This document shows positions 5,873-13,537 of a stretch of DNA of 38,996 nt, piece after piece. The position numbers and the translations under genes are program-made. The notes below the pieces were generated by a model. That model was not told the origin of the DNA and did not search any database. It saw only the letters and a program-made list of their open reading frames with translations. The DNA comes from a virus. The stretch lies in IMG/VR virus record IMGVR_UViG_3300014202_000581, one strand, 5' to 3'. Position 1 is the first letter of the stretch. The number at the start of each line of letters is the position of its first letter.

Positions 5873-6234
5873 CTAAATTTAAGAAGCTAGACCAAATCTA
5901 TAAAAAGATACCGGATGTCGATTGCCAAGGTCATTGTCATCAAAGTTGTACGCTAATTCCTGCTGCAAAGATTGAAATCAAGCGCGCACGTGGTAGGATG
6001 GGCGGAAAGAATCCATTTAATCCAGTTCATGCCTTACAAAGCTTGCAAGATAACAAAATACCATCCTGCGCAGCGCTGAAAGAGGGTCGATGTTCGATTT
6101 ATACTGCAAGACCTGCTATATGTAGATTATATGGAGTTGCTGAAGGCATTGAATGTGGTTTTGGTTGTCAGCCAAAAAAGAAACTCAGTAAGCAGGAAGC
6201 TTACGCGATTATTAGAGAAATAGAAGCCCTTTAA
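5869..6234 (+). CDS. YkgJ/FliB-family cysteine-cluster protein (CxxCxxCC-type, Pfam PF03692-like)
   Basis: Motifs CQGHCHQSC and GRCSIYTARPAICRLYG. ATGA-coupled start, directly upstream of terL. Confidence 0.6.
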   Translation: MTKFKKLDQIYKKIPDVDCQGHCHQSCTLIPAAKIEIKRARGRMGGKNPFNPVHALQSLQDNKIPSCAALKEGRCSIYTARPAICRLYGVAEGIECGFGCQPKKKLSKQEAYAIIREIEAL

Positions 6235-6248
6235 TCACAGGATGTGGA

Positions 6249-7790
6249 ATGGATCAAGAATCAGAAGAGCTTGCATCAAGGCTCAAAGGTAGTTTTTTAG
6301 ATTTTACAAAGTTCTTCTACCCCATCCTGACTGGGCGTGACTTCATAGTCTCAAACCCTATTGGTCGTGAATCTCATCATATTACAATTGCCCGCGAACT
6401 TAGTCGATGCTTACGATTAGAAATACCTACTCAGCGGCTCAACATCAACATCGAGCCAGGTAGTGGTAAATCCACTTTGTTGTCATTTTGGACGGCTTGG
6501 TGCTTTGCTCATTACGCAGATTGTCGTTTCCTCTACATTAGCTACTCAAAAGACCTGGCCACCACGCATACCTCCAACATCAAACGTATCTTGCAATTAG
6601 CACATTACAAGCATCTCTTTGGTGTAGAAATCAAATACGATTCTAAAGCAAAGGAGTTTTTCGAGACCACAGCAGGTGGCGCGGTAGCAAGCTTTGGTAG
6701 TGGTGGTGCTGTCACGGGTCGTGATGGTGGTTATCCAGGTGAGAGTCGATTTAGTGGTGCGGTAATCATCGATGATGCGCATAAGCCAGCAGAGGCCACG
6801 AGTGATACCATTCGTAAGTCGGTCATCGATAACTATGATGATACTATACGCCAACGGGTGCGCGGTATTAACGTACCAATTATACATATTGGTCAAAGAG
6901 TACACGAAGATGACCTTGCCAACTACTTTTTGAGTGGTGCGGACACGGACGAATGGTACTCAATTGCCCTGCCAAGTCTTGATGTTGCCGGCAATGCGTT
7001 ATTCCCCGAAAAGATGCCTAGGGAAAAGTTGCTCTCACTGCAAGAAAAGTCCCCTTATGTCTTTGCCTCACAATACCAGCAGAACCCAATCCCTGCCGGT
7101 GGTTCGCTCTTTAAACCAGAATGGTTTATTCTACTGGATGAAGAGCCGGAAATATTAGCTACGTTTATTGTGGCTGATACAGCAGAAACGGCCAAGAGCT
7201 GGAATGATGCCACAGTATTTAGCTTCTTTGGAATCTATCAGATTGAAGAGTTTGGACGCAAAACCAATGAGTATGGGCTACATTGGCTCGATTGTTTAGA
7301 GCTTCGCATAGAGCCAAAAGACTTGGAGTCTAACTTTCTTGATTTTACCCAAGAGTGTATGCGACATCCGGTCAAGCCAGAAAATGCCCATATTGAGAAG
7401 AAATCAACCGGAAGCACGTTGATTAGCGTCATGAAAGAGAAAATGCGTACCATTCAAGTTAGGGAAATAGAACGTAGCCGCGCATCAGGTAGCAAAACGG
7501 AACGGTTCTTGCGCATACAACCTTATGTTGCCGGCAAGAAAGTATCCTTGACTCGTGGTTGCAAGCATCAGGCATTATGTATTGACCATATGGCTAAGAT
7601 TACAGCGAATGAAGTTCATCGCTGGGATGACATTGCCGACACATTAGCTGATGGTGTACGCATTGGGTTAATCGAAAAGTCACTGGTAAGTAACCATGTC
7701 AATGAACAAAAATACAGTGACATAGCAAAGAATCTCACAAGCACACAAAATACAATTAACAGACTACGGAAAAATGCTTATACACGATAG
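6249..7790 (+). CDS. terL: terminase large subunit
   Basis: 513 aa with Walker A-like EPGSGKSTLL and Walker B-like VIIDDAHK. It sits immediately upstream of the portal. Confidence 0.9.
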   Translation: MDQESEELASRLKGSFLDFTKFFYPILTGRDFIVSNPIGRESHHITIARELSRCLRLEIPTQRLNINIEPGSGKSTLLSFWTAWCFAHYADCRFLYISYSKDLATTHTSNIKRILQLAHYKHLFGVEIKYDSKAKEFFETTAGGAVASFGSGGAVTGRDGGYPGESRFSGAVIIDDAHKPAEATSDTIRKSVIDNYDDTIRQRVRGINVPIIHIGQRVHEDDLANYFLSGADTDEWYSIALPSLDVAGNALFPEKMPREKLLSLQEKSPYVFASQYQQNPIPAGGSLFKPEWFILLDEEPEILATFIVADTAETAKSWNDATVFSFFGIYQIEEFGRKTNEYGLHWLDCLELRIEPKDLESNFLDFTQECMRHPVKPENAHIEKKSTGSTLISVMKEKMRTIQVREIERSRASGSKTERFLRIQPYVAGKKVSLTRGCKHQALCIDHMAKITANEVHRWDDIADTLADGVRIGLIEKSLVSNHVNEQKYSDIAKNLTSTQNTINRLRKNAYTR

Positions 7791-7850
7791 TTAAATGATA
7801 TACAATTAATATTGTCAACGGAGAACGGATTTCTCTTGTAAGGAGCTACA

Positions 7851-9950
7851 ATGACTAAGGACGTAGCCAAACGTTATCAAGATAATCTTGCGCGTATCAA
7901 AAAGGTTGTACGTAATACGCATGATTACTTTAAAGATAACTACGACCGCTATAACGAGTTTAGAAAGTTTGTATTTGAATCATCATTAAACAGCGATGAA
8001 ATAGCCCTATTGATGTCAATGAATCGACCTCAATTAGAGTTTAACGTCCTTGAAGCTTATGTTAGCAGACTTCTAGGTGAGTTTTCAAAGCAAGAGCCTG
8101 ATATTGAAGTCAACGCTTACGATGAAGATAAAGCAGACCCTATCACAATCAAAGTTGTCGAGCAACATTTGAAGCATGTCTTCATGGATAACGACAATCA
8201 GCATCTGCGCTATGAGGTTTACAAAGACCTCCTTTCTGGCGGCTTCTCTGCGGTGAAGGTTATCACCGAGTATGAGCACCCTATGTCTATGAATCAGGTT
8301 ATTAAGTTTACTAAGTGTGAACCTACATTAACCGGCTTCGATAAAATATCCAGGCTATCCCATAAAGGCGATGGTCAGTTTTGTTTTGAGTTATTCCCCA
8401 AAGACAAAGAAGAGTTCCTTGCTGAATATCCCGACACGTCATTAAGCACAATTAGTTTCAGACGAGACTTTGCGGGCTTTAATTGGTCATATCAAAATGA
8501 CAATAGCCAGATTGTAGTAGTTTGTGACTACTATGAGAAGAAACGCAAAGAAGAAACCATCGTTCAAGTGCGTGATGGTCGAGTTATGACACAGACTCAA
8601 TACCGCAAGATGCTTGACAACTGGAATGAGTTAACAGTTCCTCCTACTGCGGTGGGTAAGCCACGTAAAACCCTAATCGACAAGATTGTTCGCTATAGGA
8701 TGATTGAAAACCAAGTTCTTGAATACGAAGAAACCGATTTTTCATTCCTGCCTATTGTATTTATTGACGGCCATTCTATTATGATTAAAACACCACTTAA
8801 CGGCAACATCCGTCAAGTGACAAGACCTTATGTGTATCATGCGAAAGGCGCACAACGTCTGAAAAACTATGCAGGTATTTCACTGGCTAATGAGATTGAA
8901 AACACCGTACAGCATAAGTTTAAAGTGGCTAAAGAAGCACTGCCGAAAGAAGAGGAATTTTTAGATGCGTATAAGGATGTTCAAAAATCATCTGTGCTCG
9001 TGTTTAACTCGGTTCATGAATCAGATCCAAACATGCCGATTAATAACCCCATCAGTGAGGTTCAGCGTGTACCAGCTCCGCCGGAAATTGCGCAGGCATT
9101 TACTGGCTCTGATTCACTTATCCAGAACGTTTTGGGTTCCTACGATGCTAGCCTTGGGATTAATAACAATCAGTTATCGGGTGTTGCAATCGTTGAGGGA
9201 GCATCTCAATCTAATGCTACTGCTATGCCTTATATTGTTGGCTGTTTACAAGGCTTTCAACGGTTAGCTCAAATCTATGTCGATTTGATGCCTAAGTATG
9301 TAGTGACTCCGCGTACATTGCCGATATTGGATGAAGAAGGGCGCCGTCACTACGTTAAGATTAATCAGCCAGGTGGGATGCCAATAGATTACGACTCTAA
9401 TTCGCTCAATGTAGCTATCAAAGCCGGCGCAAGCTTCCAGGTTCAGAAATCAAGAACTATCAGCATGGTTAAAGAGATTATGGGTATGTCGCCTCTATTT
9501 AGCCAGTTTATGGCAGAGAAAGGCTTGAACTTCATCCTTGACAATATGGAAGGTAAAGGCATTGAAGAGTTGAAGCAGTTGACGCAAGAATGGGTACAAC
9601 AATACCAGCAAGAAAAACAACAGGCGATGCAACAACAGCAACAAAACCCTGCGCTGATTAAGGCTGAGATTGATAAAGCCAAACTCGATCATCAGAAAGA
9701 AAAAGACAAGATGGACTTCCAGTTGGATGTGGCCAAACTTGAACAAGAAGAACAGAAAATGAAATCGCAATTAATTCTTGGCAAAGAGTCGTCGCACGTT
9801 CAGCTAGTGAAGGCCATGACAGAGCGTTTTGCTAAGAAAGTAGACTTGGAAATCAAAGGTCATGATATGCGGCATCGCCACATTAAAGAGGTCATAGAAA
9901 CGCATCACAAGGTAAAAGGCAAAGGCGATGAAAAACGAACAACCCATTGA
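7851..9950 (+). CDS. portal protein (P22-like, long C-terminal coiled-coil barrel)
   Basis: 699 aa with SD TAAGGAG, following terL. The C-terminal ~120 aa are Gln/Glu/Lys-rich and helical (QQYQQEKQQAMQQQQQ...). Confidence 0.85.
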   Translation: MTKDVAKRYQDNLARIKKVVRNTHDYFKDNYDRYNEFRKFVFESSLNSDEIALLMSMNRPQLEFNVLEAYVSRLLGEFSKQEPDIEVNAYDEDKADPITIKVVEQHLKHVFMDNDNQHLRYEVYKDLLSGGFSAVKVITEYEHPMSMNQVIKFTKCEPTLTGFDKISRLSHKGDGQFCFELFPKDKEEFLAEYPDTSLSTISFRRDFAGFNWSYQNDNSQIVVVCDYYEKKRKEETIVQVRDGRVMTQTQYRKMLDNWNELTVPPTAVGKPRKTLIDKIVRYRMIENQVLEYEETDFSFLPIVFIDGHSIMIKTPLNGNIRQVTRPYVYHAKGAQRLKNYAGISLANEIENTVQHKFKVAKEALPKEEEFLDAYKDVQKSSVLVFNSVHESDPNMPINNPISEVQRVPAPPEIAQAFTGSDSLIQNVLGSYDASLGINNNQLSGVAIVEGASQSNATAMPYIVGCLQGFQRLAQIYVDLMPKYVVTPRTLPILDEEGRRHYVKINQPGGMPIDYDSNSLNVAIKAGASFQVQKSRTISMVKEIMGMSPLFSQFMAEKGLNFILDNMEGKGIEELKQLTQEWVQQYQQEKQQAMQQQQQNPALIKAEIDKAKLDHQKEKDKMDFQLDVAKLEQEEQKMKSQLILGKESSHVQLVKAMTERFAKKVDLEIKGHDMRHRHIKEVIETHHKVKGKGDEKRTTH

Positions 9951-10060
9951 TGGCGCAGAGGTGACGCATGACAGCATATCCTTTAAATATTTTATTGAAT
10001 ATCTGACAGGGCAGCCATTTGAAAAAGTATACAAGGATTTTTTACCCAAAGGAGAAGACA

Positions 10061-10234
10061 ATGAACAAGAAGGTAACGTGGGGTGACCTACACAATGCCA
10101 CGTTTGGCGAATTGAAAAAAACATACAAGCTAACTGACAGACAACTTGAAAATCAAGTTCGACGCCATTTAGACGGTGCTAATGCCAGTGAGCGCAGTGG
10201 CTTGTATAAGCAAGTTTGGGATAAGAAAAAATAG
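10061..10234 (+). CDS. small basic protein, hypothetical
   Basis: ATG at 10061 preceded by AAAGGAGAAG; 57 aa. Confidence 0.55.
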   Translation: MNKKVTWGDLHNATFGELKKTYKLTDRQLENQVRRHLDGANASERSGLYKQVWDKKK

Positions 10235-10281
10235 TGATGACTCATACTGGTACCCAATAAAATAAAAGCTAAGGAGAAAAC

Positions 10282-10398
10282 ATGAAAATGGCCAGCAAAG
10301 ATAAGAAAAAAGTAGAAAAGAAAATGTCTAAGCATATGGATGCTAAACAAGATAAAAAGTTAGTGAAGAAAATGGTCAAAAAGGACTGCATGAAATGA
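10282..10398 (+). CDS. Lys-rich mini-protein (16 of 38 residues are Lys)
   Basis: ORF found by hand with SD AAGGAGAAAAC. Sequence is MKMASKDKKKVEKKMSKHMDAKQDKKLVKKMVKKDCMK. Confidence 0.45.
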   Translation: MKMASKDKKKVEKKMSKHMDAKQDKKLVKKMVKKDCMK

Positions 10399-10562
10399 GT
10401 GACTTAGAGCAACGATTGGACGCAGTGTGTGAAACAATGGACGAGGCAAAGAATGAGTTCGAACAAGCAACACACTGCTTAGTCGAATCGTTAACAGCCA
10501 TTCATCAACGATTGGGGAATATAGAATCATGGATAGAAAGTCAGGTAAAGACTCAAAACTAG
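10395..10562 (+). CDS. small acidic helical protein, hypothetical
   Basis: ATGA-coupled to the previous ORF; 55 aa (MSDLEQRLDAVCETMDEAKNEF...). Confidence 0.45.
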   Translation: MSDLEQRLDAVCETMDEAKNEFEQATHCLVESLTAIHQRLGNIESWIESQVKTQN

Positions 10563-10771
10563 ACAAGAACCCACTAAACCGTCGAGAAGAAAAATCGATG
10601 GATAAAGCGTTCAAATCTGTTGCTAAGTCAGTCGCGCCGGTTGCTAAAGATACCAACAAAACGCGCAGAAAGACGACTAAAAAACGTATTGTTGGGGCTA
10701 CAGTTCCAGCAGAGAAGCCGAAATCACATCTTAAAAGAGATATGAAGAAGCCCATTAACACCAGAAAATAG
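10529..10771 (+). CDS. Lys/Arg-rich protein, hypothetical (start may instead be 10598)
   Basis: 80-aa ORF that overlaps the previous ORF by 34 nt if it starts at 10529. Confidence 0.5.
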   Translation: MDRKSGKDSKLDKNPLNRREEKSMDKAFKSVAKSVAPVAKDTNKTRRKTTKKRIVGATVPAEKPKSHLKRDMKKPINTRK

Positions 10772-10781
10772 GAGCTATACC

Positions 10782-10955
10782 ATGAGTTTATTAAGTTCGA
10801 TTATATTACCTGCTTTAGAAAAACAATTACTTGCTTTAGAACCTCAAGCTGCCGCATTTGTTATCAGTGAGCTTGAATCAATCGGCGCTGCTGTTGCTGC
10901 CTGGATTGAGGCTAAAGGAAAACCCGCTGCTGAAGCACCCGTTGCAGAAGCATAA
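10782..10955 (+). CDS. small Ala/Leu-rich protein, hypothetical
   Basis: ORF found by hand with SD GGAG. Sequence is MSLLSSIILPALEKQLLALEPQAAAFVISELESIGAAVAAWIEAKGKPAAEAPVAEA. Confidence 0.45.
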   Translation: MSLLSSIILPALEKQLLALEPQAAAFVISELESIGAAVAAWIEAKGKPAAEAPVAEA

Positions 10956-10966
10956 ATTAAGGAGAT

Positions 10967-11149
10967 ATGATGGCCGAGAAGTGGATACAAAAGGCCATCA
11001 AGCATCCTGGTAAGTTACATCGGGAGCTTGGTGTGCCAGAAGGGAAAAAGATTCCTGCTAAAAAGATGAAGAAAGCTGAAAAAAGCAAGAATCCAACCAT
11101 AAGAAAAGAAGCAGCGCTTGCCAAAACATTAAAAAAACTGCGAAAATAA
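10967..11149 (+). CDS. Lys-rich protein (17 of 60 residues are Lys), hypothetical
   Basis: SD AAGGAG. The ATG at 10970 has better spacing than the one at 10967. Confidence 0.6.
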   Translation: MMAEKWIQKAIKHPGKLHRELGVPEGKKIPAKKMKKAEKSKNPTIRKEAALAKTLKKLRK

Positions 11150-11179
11150 TCGCATAACCATTATAATAAGGACATTAAA

Positions 11180-11377
11180 ATGAGTGAATATAAATGCAAA
11201 GACGGTATGATTGATAACAGAAAAGTTAAAGACAATCATCAAGGTGGTATTGAGCGCGTGAAACAGCGTGGTCATGACAAAATGGATTCCGCAGGTCATG
11301 ATGGCAAAATGGGGCGTCGTGCTGATAAAGCACATTGGAGCCGTCGTGGTGAGTCTATGACCCCATGTAAAGCATAA
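11180..11377 (+). CDS. basic His/Lys/Arg-rich protein, hypothetical
   Basis: 65 aa with SD AAGGA. Confidence 0.55.
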   Translation: MSEYKCKDGMIDNRKVKDNHQGGIERVKQRGHDKMDSAGHDGKMGRRADKAHWSRRGESMTPCKA

Positions 11378-11404
11378 TAACCATTTATTAAGGGACTAAT
11401 TATA

Positions 11405-12130
11405 ATGGCACTTATATACCAATATCCAACACCCATTCCTATGACGGTTGGAGAATTTCCACAATTAAAATTCGCCCTATTTGGTGACAATTTAGCAGCC
11501 ATTACGACTGCTGGTTATCTGAATAGCTCAAACTTAGCCGCTGCGGCACCTATTGGGAACCAAGATATTATCTTTGCTCTCTATAGCTACAGTCAACAAA
11601 CTACCGCTGGAACCTTTGCTATATTAACAGCGTCTGTGTCTGGTGCTACTGGACAAATCACCCTATCCCAATGGGCAGATGCTGCTAACGTAGTGCTTCC
11701 TGTCGTTTCTGGAAACGTAGCTAGTTTCAGTGGTACTGCGGGTCAAATTGCAGACGCAGGATTTGCAGCTACTAGTGTCATGCGTACAAATGCCATCAAT
11801 ACCATGACTTCTGCTGGTAGAATCGTACTTGCAAAAGTGAACGGTACTGAGGCTGCTAACGCTGTCACAACTGCCGCAGGTAACTCGGGGCTTATTACAA
11901 CCTCTGCGTTAACAACTGCTGGTGGCGCAAGTTATGCGATAACCTGGACTAACAGTGCTATTACAACGACGTCTGTTATCCAACTGACGCTCATGGGTGG
12001 TACTAACACGACCAAAAATATTACCCTTGAGGCTGTTCGTGGCGCGGGTACTGCTACATTGACCATCTATAACAATACCGCGGCTACTGCCTTAAACGGT
12101 ACTGTTTTAATTGGTTACTCTGTGTTGTAA
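11405..12130 (+). CDS. Ala/Thr/Ser-rich virion-associated protein (possible head fibre or decoration); N-terminal domain paralogous to 28132..28404
   Basis: 241 aa with SD AAGGGA. It lies in the head module and is followed by a strong terminator. Confidence 0.7.
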   Translation: MALIYQYPTPIPMTVGEFPQLKFALFGDNLAAITTAGYLNSSNLAAAAPIGNQDIIFALYSYSQQTTAGTFAILTASVSGATGQITLSQWADAANVVLPVVSGNVASFSGTAGQIADAGFAATSVMRTNAINTMTSAGRIVLAKVNGTEAANAVTTAAGNSGLITTSALTTAGGASYAITWTNSAITTTSVIQLTLMGGTNTTKNITLEAVRGAGTATLTIYNNTAATALNGTVLIGYSVL

Positions 12131-12186
12131 ACGAAAATTGAGAAGTCTTTTAAGAGTCTCCGCTTTTTTTATTCTTCTCATATTTC

Positions 12187-12222
12187 AAAGGCTGGTTTAA
12201 CTTCCTTTCCCAGCCTTTTTTT
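12187..12222. terminator. Bidirectional intrinsic terminator
   Basis: Stem AAAGGCTGG 12187-12195 pairs with CCAGCCTTT 12210-12218. It is followed by a T-run on the + strand and sits directly after the stop of the minus-strand gene 12221..12445. Confidence 0.7.
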
Positions 12223-12445
12223 ACATCTGTTTTAAGTTCTTGAAAAACCAGTTATCCAATTCTTCGGTATTAAAAAAGACGCGCCCATTCAATTTGTAAT
12301 AAGGAAAATCTTTATCCGCATATCGAATCTTGCGTACCCATCGCACCGACCGCCCATATAACGAAGCTACTTCTTTCTCAGTAATATACTTCAATCCATT
12401 GATGACCATGTAATTATCCCTAATTGTCTCAAACTGTCCCTTCAT
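12221..12445 (-). CDS. excisionase/AlpA/MerR-type HTH DNA-binding protein (antisense moron in the head module)
   Basis: 74 aa. The motif ITEKEVASLYGRSVRWVRKIR...FPYYKLNGRVFFNTEELDNWF is typical of Xis/AlpA-type HTH_17 proteins. AGGAG lies upstream. A TTG at 12451 is an alternative start. Confidence 0.7.
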   Translation of the reverse strand: MKGQFETIRDNYMVINGLKYITEKEVASLYGRSVRWVRKIRYADKDFPYYKLNGRVFFNTEELDNWFFKNLKQM

Positions 12446-12738
12446 TATCAAGTCTACTCCTATGTCACATCAATTACACATCCTTACCTTTTTGTAACAT
12501 CTTTTAGTCTTGTTTTCCATAGCCTTACCCATTCGATAGAAGAGAGACCGGTTATCGACTAAATTTCATGGTGTGGGCTAGGCTTAAAACGCCATTGGTG
12601 TCATGGATGACATTGCCCCACCGAGACTCTTGCGATATGAGAGGCCGATTTTTAATTAGCGTGACGGCGTAATAGTCCGAGACCAGTTCGTAAGGCTGAG
12701 GAAATTACCGTAGCGGGGAAATAGCTAGAAGGAATGTT

Positions 12739-13455
12739 ATGGATAATAGTGTTATGGATAACTCGTCTGATATGAGTCAGACCCATGCGGAAGCGCCAAT
12801 TCAGGCAACTGAAAAGATGCTTTCACAATCGCAGGTTAATGAAATAGTTGGAAATGCCAAGCGAGAAGCAGCAGCAAAAGCGGTCGATGCCTTCAAAAGC
12901 CAACAAACGCAGCCTTATGCCCAATCGCCTAACGCACAACAACAGTTTAATGAGCCTAATTCTTACCGCGAAGATGATATCAAGCGGCTTGCGGGCGATG
13001 AGATTAAGCGCCATTTTACCAAGTTAGAGCAAGATGCTCAGGAACGGGCGAATGTGGACGCAGCAAATCGAGTAGTCGGCATGTTTAAAGAAAAGATTAC
13101 CGCAGGGCGAGACAAGTTTGAGGATTTTGAGAACGTAACCAGTAATGTTGCTATGCAATATTATCCAAACGTCGTCCAGCTTCTAGCCGAACACGTTGAT
13201 AATACTGCCGAAGTACTTTACCACCTGGCGCAAAATCGTGACAAATTGTACCGATTGGAAGCGCTAAGTTCTCACAACCCATCTGATGGGATTTACGAAG
13301 TCAAACGACTTGCCGAGTCTATAAGGGCTAACGAGCAAGCAGTGGGACAACGTGATGCCAAAGCACCTTTATCTCAGCAACGACCTTCTAACACCGGCAC
13401 GGAATCTGGTGGTGCGCTGTCGATGGCCGACTTAAAGAGAAAATACAGAGGCTAA
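12739..13455 (+). CDS. scaffolding protein
   Basis: 238 aa, charged and helical, Gln/Ala/Glu-rich, directly upstream of the major capsid gene. SD is AGAAGGA. Confidence 0.7.
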   Translation: MDNSVMDNSSDMSQTHAEAPIQATEKMLSQSQVNEIVGNAKREAAAKAVDAFKSQQTQPYAQSPNAQQQFNEPNSYREDDIKRLAGDEIKRHFTKLEQDAQERANVDAANRVVGMFKEKITAGRDKFEDFENVTSNVAMQYYPNVVQLLAEHVDNTAEVLYHLAQNRDKLYRLEALSSHNPSDGIYEVKRLAESIRANEQAVGQRDAKAPLSQQRPSNTGTESGGALSMADLKRKYRG

Positions 13456-13461
13456 GACACA

Positions 13462-13491
13462 TTTGGTACCTTCATTGATGAGGGTACCAAA
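13462..13491 (+). promoter_or_regulatory. 9-bp stem hairpin between the scaffold and capsid genes (no U-tract)
   Basis: TTTGGTACC 13462-13470 pairs with GGTACCAAA 13483-13491, with a 12-nt loop. Confidence 0.5.
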
Positions 13492-13537
13492 AACACCCGA
13501 TTTCTAACTTCAAGGATTAAAGTTAGGAGCACTTAAC

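Noticed and set aside
6597-6905. Minus-strand and alternative-frame ORFs within terL and portal (6597..6905, 6934..7158, 7238..7453, 8085..8279, 8965..9267, 9443..9770, 9804..10124)
   Set aside because: They are nested inside or antisense to genes with clear family motifs, with no independent translation signals.
10360-10761. 133-aa minus-strand ORF
   Set aside because: It is antisense to four SD-led, translationally coupled plus-strand mini-genes. The AAG/AAA-rich sense strand yields an open Phe/Leu-rich antisense frame.
12152-12631. Inverted repeat AAGAGTCTC (12152-12160) / GAGACTCTT (12623-12631) flanking the HTH island, considered as possible mobile-element ends or inversion sites
   Set aside because: It is only 9-10 bp. 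A match of that length is expected by chance between two ~600-nt regions, and there is no target-site duplication.
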